A DNA stretch of 64,000 nt from Flavobacteriales bacterium (lineage in GTDB: Bacteria > Bacteroidota > Bacteroidia > CAIKAF01), in the NCBI GenBank assembly GCA_022402535.1, contig JAKRSD010000023.1, positions 30,741-94,740 of the forward strand. The letters are read 5' to 3'. Below are positions 29,660-39,666 of the stretch, piece by piece. Both the position numbers and the translations under genes were made by a program. Below the pieces are notes generated by a model. It saw nothing but the letters and a program-made list of their open reading frames with translations, did no database searches and was not told where the DNA came from. Each line of letters opens with the position of its first letter. The stretch's first letter is position 1.

Positions 29660-31759
29660 ATGTTCACCATCACAAAAAATAACGAAATAGCCCATGTAAC
29701 CATGAATGCCGCAGGACCCGTAAATTCCTGGGGGCTGAATGCCGTAATCGAATTGCGTAATATGCTGGACAATGTGCTGGCAGATGCGGAAATCAAAGGC
29801 GTGATTCTTAGCTCAGCCAAAAAAGATTGGTTCGTGGGGGCCGACCTCAAAGAAATCATGGCCACCGACGATATTACAGGCGTGATGCAGATGGGCCGAA
29901 TGCTCACCGATCAGTTCCGCCGTATGGAAACCTCAGGCAAAATGTTTGTGGCCGCCATCAACGGATCGGCGTTGGGTGGCGGATATGAGCTGGCACTTGC
30001 TTGTCATAAACGCATTGCCCTAAACAATCCGCAGACCCGCATCGGATTTCCGGAAGTAACCATCGGATTATTACCGGGAGCCGGCGGAACCCAACGTTTT
30101 CCGCGCCTCGTGGGCATTCAGGCTTCGCTTCCGCTGATGCTGGAAGGAAAACGCCTGGCCGTAGATAAGGCCCTCGGTGCCAAAATGATTGATGCCATAG
30201 CCCAAACGCCGGAAGAAATGATGGATATGGCCACCAAAGCCATCCGCGAACAATTTAACGCCGTACAGCCCTGGGATGTAAAAGGCTACAAAATGCCCGG
30301 TGGCGGTATAGAACACCCCGACAATGTGATGTTTATGGCGGGAGTATCCGGAAACGTAATCAAACGCACATTTGGAAATTATCCTGCGCCCATTTACATC
30401 ATCCGCGCCGTAAACGAAGGCTTGCAACTGCCCTTTGAACGGGCACTGAACAAGGAGCAGGAGTATTTTGAAACCCTGCTGCGCAGCAAAGAATCCAAAA
30501 ATCTCATCCGCACTTTATTTCTGCACATGGGAGAAGCCGCCAAAATACCCGCTTCGCTCAAAGAAGTGGAAACCCTTCCCGTGCAGAAAATCGGCATTTT
30601 GGGTGCCGGCATGATGGGTGCCGGTATCGCGTATGTAAGTATCCTGGCCGGATACGATGTGGTGCTGAAAGACCGCGACAAAGAAAGCGCCGAAAAAGGT
30701 AAAGACTACTCGCGCAAACTGCTGGATGAAAGCATCAGCAAAGGAAAGAGCACCCGCGAAAAAGCCGATGCCCTGCTCGAAAAAATAAAAACCACCGGCA
30801 ATGCCGACGACCTGAGCGGATGCGACCTCATCATAGAAGCCGTGTTTGAAGACCGTGCACTGAAAGCCGCCGTGACCAAAGAATCCGAAGCGGTGATGAA
30901 CCCCAAAGGCGTATTCGCCTCCAACACATCCACCCTGCCCATTACCGGACTGGCTGAGGCTTCTGCCCGACCTGATAATTTTATCGGGCTGCACTTCTTT
31001 TCGCCGGTAGATAAAATGCAACTGGTGGAAATCATCCGCGGAAAAAACACCTCGGACTTTGCCGTGAAACTCTGCCTTGAATACGTGCAGAAAATCAAAA
31101 AAACACCGATTGTGGTGAACGACGGACGCGGATTTTTTACCTCACGCATATTTACCACCTATCTGTTTGAAGCCTTTGAAATGGTGGCCGAGGGCGTAAG
31201 CCCCGCATTGATTGAAAACTGCGGAAAAATGACGGGCATGGCCACATCTCCGTTGGCGGTAGCCGATGAAGTAAGCTTGGAACTCATATACAAAATAATG
31301 CTGCAGACCGAAAAAGATTTGGGCACGGCATATAACACGCCCGGCGCCGCCCTGATTAAAAAAATGGTGGGCGAACTGAAACGTTTAGGCCGCAAGAGCG
31401 GAGGCGGATTTTATGAATACCCCGAGGGCGGAAAGAAAAAGTTATGGAAAGGCCTGAGCGAATTGGTTAAGCCGGCAGCGGAGCAACCTGATGCCGAAAC
31501 AGTAAAACAGCGTCTGTTATACATACAGGCTTTGGAAGCCGCCAAATGCTGGGAAGAAGGCATTGTACAAAAACCGGCCGATGCCGATTTAGGTTCCATA
31601 TTTGGGTGGGGATTTGCCCCGCATACGGGCGGTGTATTGAGTTATATTGACCATGTGGGCCTGCCTGCCTTTTTAGCCCGTGCGGAAGAATTTGCCACAA
31701 AATACGGAGAGCGGTTTACGCCTTGTAAGAAGTTGAGGGAGATTAAAAGGGTGTATTGA
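29660..31759 (+). CDS. Multifunctional fatty-acid oxidation protein: enoyl-CoA hydratase/3-hydroxyacyl-CoA dehydrogenase (FadB/FadJ-like)
   Basis: N-terminal crotonase fold ([11 protein letters not shown]) followed by an NAD-binding [14 protein letters not shown] dehydrogenase domain. 699 aa. Confidence 0.9.
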   Translation: MFTITKNNEIAHVTMNAAGPVNSWGLNAVIELRNMLDNVLADAEIKGVILSSAKKDWFVGADLKEIMATDDITGVMQMGRMLTDQFRRMETSGKMFVAAINGSALGGGYELALACHKRIALNNPQTRIGFPEVTIGLLPGAGGTQRFPRLVGIQASLPLMLEGKRLAVDKALGAKMIDAIAQTPEEMMDMATKAIREQFNAVQPWDVKGYKMPGGGIEHPDNVMFMAGVSGNVIKRTFGNYPAPIYIIRAVNEGLQLPFERALNKEQEYFETLLRSKESKNLIRTLFLHMGEAAKIPASLKEVETLPVQKIGILGAGMMGAGIAYVSILAGYDVVLKDRDKESAEKGKDYSRKLLDESISKGKSTREKADALLEKIKTTGNADDLSGCDLIIEAVFEDRALKAAVTKESEAVMNPKGVFASNTSTLPITGLAEASARPDNFIGLHFFSPVDKMQLVEIIRGKNTSDFAVKLCLEYVQKIKKTPIVVNDGRGFFTSRIFTTYLFEAFEMVAEGVSPALIENCGKMTGMATSPLAVADEVSLELIYKIMLQTEKDLGTAYNTPGAALIKKMVGELKRLGRKSGGGFYEYPEGGKKKLWKGLSELVKPAAEQPDAETVKQRLLYIQALEAAKCWEEGIVQKPADADLGSIFGWGFAPHTGGVLSYIDHVGLPAFLARAEEFATKYGERFTPCKKLREIKRVY

Positions 31760-31848
31760 ACTAATTACTTATAAATAACAATCTCAAAAACTCAATTTTT
31801 ATGAGGTTTAAGAATGAAAAGTACAATTAAGTTGATTTAATCTAAAAC

Positions 31849-32667
31849 ATGCTAGTTTATAAAATAAGGGAGTTTGGGAAAAAATATGAAGATGCTTCAA
31901 CATCTGATGATACTTTATTCAAACAAATACTTTTTTCCGCAAATCCAAATAGTTTCGATGACAAACATGACAGATTCATCTTACCAGAAATCCCGAAGCT
32001 TGATAGTGAGGAGGAAATAGATATAATTTCAACCCAAATAACTGAAAAACATATTGGTTATAAAAATTTAAAGTCTTTTTTTGAGAATAAAAAAAAAATA
32101 AAGGAAAAATTAAGAGTCAGAGATATCTTTATAGATGAATTAAAATATTCAATTCGTCAAGAAAACAAGAACTATGGTATATGTTCATTTACAAAAAATT
32201 GGAATCAACTTAAAAATTGGATTGAATATGGAAATTCCAATAATGGATTTTCGATAGGATTTGAAACAGATGATTTAATAAAATTAGATTTATTTAGCTA
32301 TGCTGCTGATGTTGTATACTCTAATGAATATCCCCAAATACCACTATTAGATTATTTCCCATCTGATTCATCAAACCCCTTGGATTGGTTTACAAACGTT
32401 TTTAGCAAAACTTTTTTCATCAAATCTATTGACTGGAAACATGAAAACGAATGGAGAATTGTAAAATCATTTGTAGATAACCCTTTTAGGATTGAAAGAA
32501 AATTTAAATTCCCAGCAGGAATAATAAAAGAGATTGTTTTAGGATTTGAAACAAATTCAAAAAATACTGAAAAAGTTGTTTCATTTTTTTCGGGTAGTAG
32601 TATTCCTATATATAAAACTTATCTTCCAGAAGATAGTTATGAACTTAAAAGAATTAAAATAAACTGA
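31849..32667 (+). CDS. DUF2971-like hypothetical protein (AT-rich island)
   Basis: CSFTKNWNQLKNWIEYGNSNNGFSIGFE resembles the DUF2971 core (S.F...W..YA..H.G.c.eF). Markedly AT-rich codon usage compared with flanking genes. Confidence 0.45.
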   Translation: MLVYKIREFGKKYEDASTSDDTLFKQILFSANPNSFDDKHDRFILPEIPKLDSEEEIDIISTQITEKHIGYKNLKSFFENKKKIKEKLRVRDIFIDELKYSIRQENKNYGICSFTKNWNQLKNWIEYGNSNNGFSIGFETDDLIKLDLFSYAADVVYSNEYPQIPLLDYFPSDSSNPLDWFTNVFSKTFFIKSIDWKHENEWRIVKSFVDNPFRIERKFKFPAGIIKEIVLGFETNSKNTEKVVSFFSGSSIPIYKTYLPEDSYELKRIKIN

Positions 32668-32802
32668 AAAACAAGCTGTCCCAAGCTGTTCGGGATTTGT
32701 CTACTGCTGATCTAGATTTTGTCGATTGCTGTTTTATATTATAAGATTGTTGCATAGTACTTAACAATCGTATGAATTAGAATTGAGATTTATTTACCTT
32801 AA

Positions 32803-33207
32803 TCACTTTTCCTGATTAGGTACAATACTAACATTTAACAAATCAGGAATAAATTCAACCATTAAACTAACCAAAGAAGGGTTAATTGAAATAATTAAAT
32901 TATTATCCTCTTTCTCTTTATCAAAGCGATTAAGAGAAATTCCAAAAAAATCAAATTTATCACCATAGAATTGCACGTTTGAATCTCCGTTTTTTTTGTA
33001 ACATTCATCAAAAAAGTCTTTCAAAAATTTATTAGCTTGGTTTTGCTTTCCCAATCCTAAATTCATACAATATAATAGGTAAATAGCCATAGCTTTTGTT
33101 TTATTGCCATGATTGCTTCCAATAAACTTATCTAATTTTATTTCTGCCGTATGAAATTCTTTCTTTTTTATTAGTTCAACAATTTCATTAAAGTCCTCTT
33201 TTTTCAT
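32803..33207 (-). CDS. Hypothetical small cytoplasmic protein (AT-rich island; 134 aa)
   Basis: ORF 32803..33240 trimmed to MKKEDFNEIV. AT-rich. No signal peptide. Confidence 0.4.
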   Translation of the reverse strand: MKKEDFNEIVELIKKKEFHTAEIKLDKFIGSNHGNKTKAMAIYLLYCMNLGLGKQNQANKFLKDFFDECYKKNGDSNVQFYGDKFDFFGISLNRFDKEKEDNNLIISINPSLVSLMVEFIPDLLNVSIVPNQEK

Positions 33208-33294
33208 TTTGTTTTTTCTTTCAAATGTAAATAAAAACAAAAAATCAACGCTATTAAGAATTAATAAAAGCGTAGCGCAAATTGGCTTTCCATT

Positions 33295-33500
33295 ATCCCG
33301 TCCCTAAAGGGACTTCACCGTTTTATCATTCCGGTTTCTACCAATATGTCATTCCTACTGAATGAATGCTAAATCCATTCAAACCCAAACGATTCTACCC
33401 AATAACATGGCGCACATAATGCCCTGTCCCGTCAGGGACAAAATACGGTAGAAACCATTTCCATTCCCAAAACCAAGTGCCTTTAGGTACGCGATGTGTG
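33295..33500 (+). mobile_element. MITE-like repeat copy 1 (about 205 bp, imperfect terminal inverted repeats, three internal hairpins)
   Basis: Starts CCGTCCCTAAAGGGAC and ends GTGCCTTTAGGTACGC (imperfect TIR). Internal palindromes CATTCCTACTGAATG and TGTCCCGTCAGGGACA. Closely matches 38183..38386. Confidence 0.7.
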
Positions 33501-34418
33501 CAATCTTATCATGTGATTTAATATCTCAACCCTATTGGAACTTCTCCAGTAGCATTTTTGATTTTTCGATACGGCTTATATTAGCCCCGATAAATTAATC
33601 CGTTGCCCGATAAACAAGGGAATACAGCATGGACGTTTGGAAGAAAGTAGAATCCAATTTTTAATAGTATTTGATGTGCCGTTTGTAATCGGCATGATGT
33701 GATTCGTGAATTACCTGATTTCGGGCGGGTAAGGAAAGATTGCCGAATTTTAGTACTGAATTGCGCGTTTGACCGAAAAATTCTCAAGGCTATTCCAAAC
33801 AAAAAACAAAGCATTGAATAAAATGAACGCGATTTTTTATAGAGCTTTCATGTTCGATAAATTTTTAAAGACAAAAAACTATGTAAGGTCGAATTCCTAA
33901 TTTAATGTTTAGCTAAAAAACAGGCCTTATCAATATCTTTTTTATCGAAAGAGATGCAACCTTCGTAAGTAATTATCCAAAAAAGTTTATATTGCTCAAG
34001 CCTTACACTATTAACAAATCCGTTAAAATTCAGTTCCGATGGGGTGAACCGAGCTCCGGCTTTATCGACTTCCACTGTGAAAATCGGGTTTATCATTCGA
34101 GATTTATCAAACGGAAAATGAAATTCTTCAAAAAAGAACGCTTTGATTTCCAATTTCTTTTCCAGAAATTAAAATAATAATCCCCAATTTTTTTCAAAGT
34201 TTCTGAAAATCCTATTGCCTTTCCTGTTCCTCCTTATAGGGCTAACCATTCAACATTTTGTTGGAATTTCATTAGTTAATTATACTGCAGTTTTTGATTA
34301 ATCAAACATAAAAACCAGCATCATAGACCAAAAGCAGAGAATAGACAAAATGAATATTCGAAAATGTTTAAAAAATAAAAATCATCAGATTGTATTCTTA
34401 TGATTTATTTACAGGTTC

Positions 34419-34946
34419 TCATTTCACATTACTCACCGCCGCATTCAGCTTATCTGCAAGCTCCTGAGCTTTCTGAAAATCATCGTATTTAAACGTAAAA
34501 ACCACGTAAGTCCTGTTATTATCCTCCATAAGCTCTCCTCTATCCGTCAATATTTTGTAATTAATATGACTGTCATTGCCCGTCCACTTTAAATACGCTT
34601 CTCCATCTGAATAATTTTTAACTACCTTAAAATTTGGCGCTACAGGTTTAGATTTATCTAAGGGTATCTGAATCATTTCGTATTCCGTAACCTGATTATT
34701 ATATTGATTTACGCGGTACGCATATACCAAAAATTCTTTTTTGACTTTATCTTCATAATATCCGATTTTACAACCATATTGCCTTACGGTATACCAAATA
34801 CCATTGGCAGGAATGTAATAATTATATTTAGGTTTAGCCACCGGAGCGGGCTTTTCCACTTCCTCCTGAACAGGTTGTTCAAACAGTTGTGCTCTTAATC
34901 CGCCTAGCGTAAAGAGCGCGATTAACAATAAACCGATTTTTTTCAT
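34419..34946 (-). CDS. Secreted small protein, paralog family A (175 aa)
   Basis: Signal peptide (MKKIGLLLIALFTLGGLRAQ). Shares a FLVYAYRV...IQIPL..KPVAP core and a C-terminal A.ELA.KLNA helix with 35650..36120 and 34982..35653. Confidence 0.6.
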   Translation of the reverse strand: MKKIGLLLIALFTLGGLRAQLFEQPVQEEVEKPAPVAKPKYNYYIPANGIWYTVRQYGCKIGYYEDKVKKEFLVYAYRVNQYNNQVTEYEMIQIPLDKSKPVAPNFKVVKNYSDGEAYLKWTGNDSHINYKILTDRGELMEDNNRTYVVFTFKYDDFQKAQELADKLNAAVSNVK

Positions 34947-34981
34947 GGTAAAATTTGACTATGTTTTATAAATTTTAGGCA

Positions 34982-35653
34982 CTATTTGGTCAATCCGAGT
35001 CGCATATTCAATTCGTTTGCAAGCCATTTTGCCGCATCCGGTTGAAGCGGAAGACTTACCAGCTCTTTAAAATATCCATTGGTGCTGCTTATGTTGTCAT
35101 AGTATTTTTTTGTTCTGCTCTCTTCAACCCAATTTTTATCATAGGCTTTCCAGGGCATCTCACTCAAATCAGCTTTGGGGATAACATTTACTTGAAAAAC
35201 TTTACCGCATTTGGTATGGTAGGGATCCGTATATATGTTTGCATACTCTTTTTCCCAGGGTTTGCCGTGATGGTAATACTCTTTCGTGATGAATTTAGGA
35301 ATGACACCGGAGCGTTTACAATCTTCAAAATCATCAGCAAACAGAAGGTATAATGTTAAATATTCAGGATCACCCATTTCATTTGATGCGGTAATTTTAT
35401 ATCGCACTACATATAACGAACAGGCTTTCGTTTTCTCATCCCACTTGTAATACAGCACATCAGCGTTTTCTTCGAAAAATTTTGATAAAAGCGCGCCTTT
35501 CCAATCGGTTAACTGCACAGCACCTGCAGGAATTTCCACTCCGTCAAAATTTGTTATAGCTTGTTTTGTTTTCGTTGGCACAAAATTTTGGCCGCTTACA
35601 TATACTGAAATCAAACTGAGTATGACGAAAGTAATTGCTTTATACCTTTTCAT
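34982..35653 (-). CDS. Secreted small protein, paralog family A (223 aa)
   Basis: Signal peptide (MKRYKAITFVILSLISVYVSGQ). LYVVRYKI core and an AKWLANELNMRLG C-terminus related to the two neighbours. Confidence 0.6.
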   Translation of the reverse strand: MKRYKAITFVILSLISVYVSGQNFVPTKTKQAITNFDGVEIPAGAVQLTDWKGALLSKFFEENADVLYYKWDEKTKACSLYVVRYKITASNEMGDPEYLTLYLLFADDFEDCKRSGVIPKFITKEYYHHGKPWEKEYANIYTDPYHTKCGKVFQVNVIPKADLSEMPWKAYDKNWVEESRTKKYYDNISSTNGYFKELVSLPLQPDAAKWLANELNMRLGLTK

Positions 35654-36120
35654 TTTTTGAATTTTGCATTAAGTTCATTTTTTAACCACTCGGCTTTTTC
35701 ATGCGAGCTGATGATTACATCCAAATCGCTTGAATTGTCACATTCCAGTGCGGTAGCCTCTTTATCTGCTTCACACTCCACGATGAAGTCATTTTCCTTT
35801 GCATCGGTCCATTGTACCCGTGATCCGTCAGACTCTTTAAGTGCCGTAAATGCAGGCGCCAGCGGTTTGATTTTGACCACCGGAAGGGTAATTATTTCCG
35901 CTTCCTGAAATGTGTTGTCTTCGTCATCATAGCGAACCAGATAAATCTTGGCTTCTGCTTTGGTGTTGTCGAAATAGTAAAATGCCTTTTCCCACTGATC
36001 TATTCCCTGTCCAAGCTCCACATGGCCGGCAGGAATGGTAAAGGTTTTGAATTTAAGCTCTTGCGCACGGGTAATCAGTGCAAATAACAAGGCTGGAATA
36101 ATTAAAACTATTTTTTTCAT
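35650..36120 (-). CDS. Secreted small protein, paralog family A (156 aa)
   Basis: Trimmed to the MKKIVLIIPALLFALITRAQ signal peptide. IYLVRYDD...ITLPVVKIKPLAPAF core and an AEWLKNELNAKFKK C-terminus. Confidence 0.6.
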   Translation of the reverse strand: MKKIVLIIPALLFALITRAQELKFKTFTIPAGHVELGQGIDQWEKAFYYFDNTKAEAKIYLVRYDDEDNTFQEAEIITLPVVKIKPLAPAFTALKESDGSRVQWTDAKENDFIVECEADKEATALECDNSSDLDVIISSHEKAEWLKNELNAKFKK

Positions 36121-36166
36121 TTTTTTTAATTTTATAGAGTAATACAGAGTATTGCTATTATTCAAA

Positions 36167-36736
36167 CTATTTGATTCCAAACACTTCTTTAAACTTATTT
36201 TCAGCAAACTGAATCCAAATATCATCGCCAATACCTTTATCAGAATACCAGATGAACCTTTTTGGAGTAAACGAATCTATTACACTATAATCTGTTTTAC
36301 CCCCGTTTACCATTTCCTTCTTAGTCTCGGAAATTCCATCTTTCCAATAGTTCAGCATGAATCCATCCTCCGGCAGCTCCACTTTGATGAAGGACCGCTT
36401 ACCCGGATAATACTATTCTAAACGGGTGCTTTTGAAACGCTCACTTTTAGCCAAAGCATCCGAAATTTTAATTTCATAACCGCTACCCAGTTCAGCAGAG
36501 TTCATTATAAAAAATACATGATTATTTGCCGCATCTTTCCAATACCACAATGAATTTTTATGGGGCGTATTGGAAAAACTGGAAATTCCCATTAATTCGC
36601 CTGTTGCATATTTAGCGCCCTCTGCGTTGTGCGGTATGATTAATTTGCCGTATTTGTATATCGGCGTCTGGGCAATTGCTGTTACACAAACACTCAGGGT
36701 TAGTAGTATTAAAATAAGCGTTTGTCTGTTTTTCAT
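36167..36736 (-). pseudogene. Nonsense-interrupted paralog of 36849..37412 (family B): in-frame TAG at complement of 36413..36415
   Basis: ORF 36413..36736 (signal peptide plus N-terminal half) and ORF 36167..36382 (C-terminal half) are in the same frame. The intervening read-through gives FKSTRLE*YYPGKRSFIKVELPEDGFML, against FKSTKIEIDKYSKAIEVILPENGFIL in the intact paralog. Confidence 0.7.
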
Positions 36737-36848
36737 AAAATAGTTGATGTTATGTTTGGTAAAAAACCGATTCCTGAATAGAATCCTTTACAATAGCCGA
36801 AATAAAATTCTTTCCTAAAATGAATTGACAGCGGAATGCTTAGAATTT

Positions 36849-37412
36849 CTAATTCAACCCAAAAACCGCTTTTACCTTTTTCTCAACAAACTGAAGCCAT
36901 TCCATTTCTTTTCCCTCTTTGTATTCCGTATTCCAGTAAAATTTATTGGGAGTAGAGGTACCTCGATGATTCAGGCCATAATCTATAAAGTTAATTTTGC
37001 TTTGCGCTTCCGAATATCCTGACTCATAAAATTGGGTGAGAATGAATCCATTTTCTGGTAAGATAACTTCAATGGCTTTTGAATATTTATCAATTTCAAT
37101 TTTAGTGGATTTAAATGGAGCACTTTTTGCCAATGCGTCTGAAATTTTTGCCTGATATGCGCTTCCGTTAGCTGAACTTAAAACACAAAATATATGATTT
37201 CCCGAAGCATCTTTCCAATACCAGAATGTGTTTCTCAAAGGCTTGTTTTCGTCGCTCGAAAGACCCAACAATTTACCATTGGCATCTCGCGGCCCTTCGG
37301 CATTATGTGGTATAGTCAGTTGCCCTTTCTGGAAAATGGGTGTTTGCGCTAAAACTAATTTACCTGTAAATAAAGTAAAACAGGAAACAGCTATAATCAT
37401 TAGTTTATTCAT
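36849..37412 (-). CDS. Secreted small protein, paralog family B (187 aa)
   Basis: Signal peptide (MNKLMIIAVSCFTLFTGKLVLAQ). QTPI..G.L.IPHNAEG...WYWKDA..NH.F core shared with 36413..36736. Confidence 0.6.
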   Translation of the reverse strand: MNKLMIIAVSCFTLFTGKLVLAQTPIFQKGQLTIPHNAEGPRDANGKLLGLSSDENKPLRNTFWYWKDASGNHIFCVLSSANGSAYQAKISDALAKSAPFKSTKIEIDKYSKAIEVILPENGFILTQFYESGYSEAQSKINFIDYGLNHRGTSTPNKFYWNTEYKEGKEMEWLQFVEKKVKAVFGLN

Positions 37413-37548
37413 GATAATGTGGATTTTTTACATTGATTAATCAATCGGTTGACTAACTTTTTTATTATGTTTATATATTATGAAAAATACAATTTTTATA
37501 AGAGCAGGAATTAACTATTAACCCCCGCTCTTTAGGTATTAACACAGT

Positions 37549-37827
37549 TTACGGTAAATTAATTTCAGGTTCGATTTGAAGAAATGATCCCATGATTATT
37601 TGTTTTCCAATGCATTGAGTTTGGAAAGTAAGACCTGCTTCGCGGTTTTGAGAAACAGAATTCCCAGCGTTTATTAATCCAGAGGCGACAATCTCTTTTC
37701 CATTTAAATATCTACAATTTAACGTCTTGAATTTGTCGTTTTTTATTGGAAAAGCTACTATCTGTGCCTTCAGGGTGATGCACAAACCTAATGCTGGAAG
37801 TAGAGTAATTATAATAACTCTTTTCAT
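37549..37827 (-). CDS. Small secreted hypothetical protein (92 aa)
   Basis: ORF trimmed to MKRVIIITLLPALGLCITLKAQ signal peptide. AT-rich island. Confidence 0.4.
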   Translation of the reverse strand: MKRVIIITLLPALGLCITLKAQIVAFPIKNDKFKTLNCRYLNGKEIVASGLINAGNSVSQNREAGLTFQTQCIGKQIIMGSFLQIEPEINLP

Positions 37828-37962
37828 GGTTATATTGAAATGACAATGCAAACTTACATTTTGAAAAAAAGGATTAGGATTGTGTTTGCATGAACAGAAG
37901 AGTTTATTTCACGAAAAGAGCAAAAATCTTCTTAAACAATTAAATCTGGTTTTATTAAATTA

Positions 37963-38150
37963 AAGCTTACAAAGCTTGTATTTGAGGTCGGAGCGGGTTG
38001 ATTGTCAGAAACTGGTATCACAATTTAGAGTTCGTATGTATTGCATACAAGTAATTCAGGTTTGGCTACCGTTTCTTCGAGATACTCGCCAAATAAATCG
38101 GAATGTTTTAAACCACTTTTTACCTGTTGATTATGGTCGCTCCTTATTTT
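37963..38150 (-). pseudogene. Fragment homologous to the 3' part of gene 39667..39987
   Basis: GCTTGTATTTGAGGTCGGAGCGGGTTGATTG...TCGCCAAATAAATCGGAATG...ATCGCTCC aligns with 39700..39880 (GCCTGTATTTGTCTGCGAAGCGGGTTAATTG...CTCCAAATAAATCGGAATG...ATCGCTCC). Confidence 0.5.
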
Positions 38151-38182
38151 AGACCTAAACTTATCATTACGTTGTCAATATC

Positions 38183-38386
38183 TCATCCCTAAAGGGACTT
38201 CCCCATTTTTTTATTCCGGTTTCTACCTATATGTCATTCCTACGGAATGAATGCGAAACCCTTCAAATCAAAACGATTGTACTACATCAAACTACGTAGC
38301 CACATGCCCTGTCCCGTCAGGGACAACCTATCGGTAGAAAATGCCACTTCCTCCAAATCAAGTGCCTTTAGGTACGCAATGGGTGT
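38183..38386 (+). mobile_element. MITE-like repeat copy 2
   Basis: Near-identical to 33295..33500 with small indels. Direct orientation. Confidence 0.7.
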
Positions 38387-38410
38387 AAATCATATTATGT
38401 GTCTTCAATA

Positions 38411-38476
38411 TCCCGTCCCTAAAGGGATTACTATTCCAGGTTCTACCATAGCTCATTCCTACGGAATGAGAGAGAG
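38411..38476 (+). mobile_element. Partial third MITE-like copy (5' end only)
   Basis: ATCCCGTCCCTAAAGGGATTACTATTCCAGGTTCTACCATAGCTCATTCCTACGGAATGAGAGAG matches the first about 65 bp of the element. Confidence 0.55.
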
Positions 38477-38627
38477 ACATATACCCAAGCCAAACCCATC
38501 TACCGGAATATTTAGTATTAATTCTTCCATCATACCGGAATATTTCATAGTTTTGAAACATGTAACTTCGTGTTGGTCATCAGCCCTTTATGATATTCAA
38601 TCCTTTTACTCAATAACAATTCTTTCC

Positions 38628-39554
38628 ATGAAAAAAGCCTTTATTTTTCTCAATCTGATTTTTCTATCCCTTGGCGCAATGACCCAGGCTCCTCAAAAAA
38701 TGAGTTTTCAGGCAGTTATCCGAAGTGCATCCGGTCAGTTGGTGATTAACGCCCAGGTAGGCATGCGTATCAGTATTTTGCAGGGTTCTGCATCGGGTAC
38801 ACCCACTTACGTGGAAACCCAAACGGCCCAAACTAACGGTAATGGCCTGATAAGTTTGGAAGTAGGCAGCGGAAATGCAGTAAGCGGCAGTTTTCAAAAT
38901 ATCAACTGGAGCTCGGGTCCGTATTTTATAAAAACAGAAACTGACCCCGCAGGCGGAAACAACTATTCCATTTTAGGCACCAGTCAGCTGCTTTCCGTGC
39001 CTTATGCCTTATATGCCGAGAAATTAAGCAGCAATGCGTTTCAATTTTTCTACGCCGACAGAGACGGTGACGGATTTGGAGACCCATTTGGGGCTTATTA
39101 TGGTCCTTCTACCCTAACGGGATATGTGAGCAACAATACCGACTGCAACGATCAGGAAGCTTCTGCATTTCCGGGAGCCACAGAAATATGCGATGGAATA
39201 GACAATAACTGTAACGGTCAGATTGACGAAGGCTTAACGCTGACTACCTATTATTTGGATGCTGACGGTGACAATTTTGGAAACCTAAGCATTTCCATCT
39301 CCACATGCGCGGCTCCCCCATCGGGTTATGTCATTAATGGAGGTGATTGCGACGATAGTAATCCGACGATTTTCCCCGGCGTTTCAGTCGCCTGTCAGGG
39401 CAATAATGTCGGTATCTGTAATCCGGGTACCAAAACCTGTCAAACCAATGGAAATTTCAGCAATTGTGTAGGGCAGGTATTACCGCTTCCTGCGGAAATT
39501 TGCGGAAACGGTATAGACGACGACTGCAATGGTATAGTGGATGACGGATGCTGA
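38628..39554 (+). CDS. Secreted protein with MopE-like putative metal-binding Cys/Asp repeats
   Basis: Trimmed to the MKKAFIFLNLIFLSLGAMTQA signal peptide. C-terminal repeats DxDGDGFGD...CNDxxAxxFPGATExCDGxDNNCNG...DEG are typical of the putative metal-binding motif. The upstream ORF-track extension is a translation of the MITE. Confidence 0.6.
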   Translation: MKKAFIFLNLIFLSLGAMTQAPQKMSFQAVIRSASGQLVINAQVGMRISILQGSASGTPTYVETQTAQTNGNGLISLEVGSGNAVSGSFQNINWSSGPYFIKTETDPAGGNNYSILGTSQLLSVPYALYAEKLSSNAFQFFYADRDGDGFGDPFGAYYGPSTLTGYVSNNTDCNDQEASAFPGATEICDGIDNNCNGQIDEGLTLTTYYLDADGDNFGNLSISISTCAAPPSGYVINGGDCDDSNPTIFPGVSVACQGNNVGICNPGTKTCQTNGNFSNCVGQVLPLPAEICGNGIDDDCNGIVDDGC

Positions 39555-39666
39555 TTGAATCAAAACGTATTTCTTGTAATTAGGCTCTCTACTTCTATTC
39601 ATTTTAGAGGCTATGATATGAAATTGGATTGATATTCATATTTCGGAACATCAACTTAAGAAATAC

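Noticed and set aside
38247-38627. N-terminal 127 codons of ORF 38247..39554
   Set aside because: This stretch is a read-through translation of the MITE-like repeat. The real protein almost certainly starts at the signal-peptide ATG at 38628.
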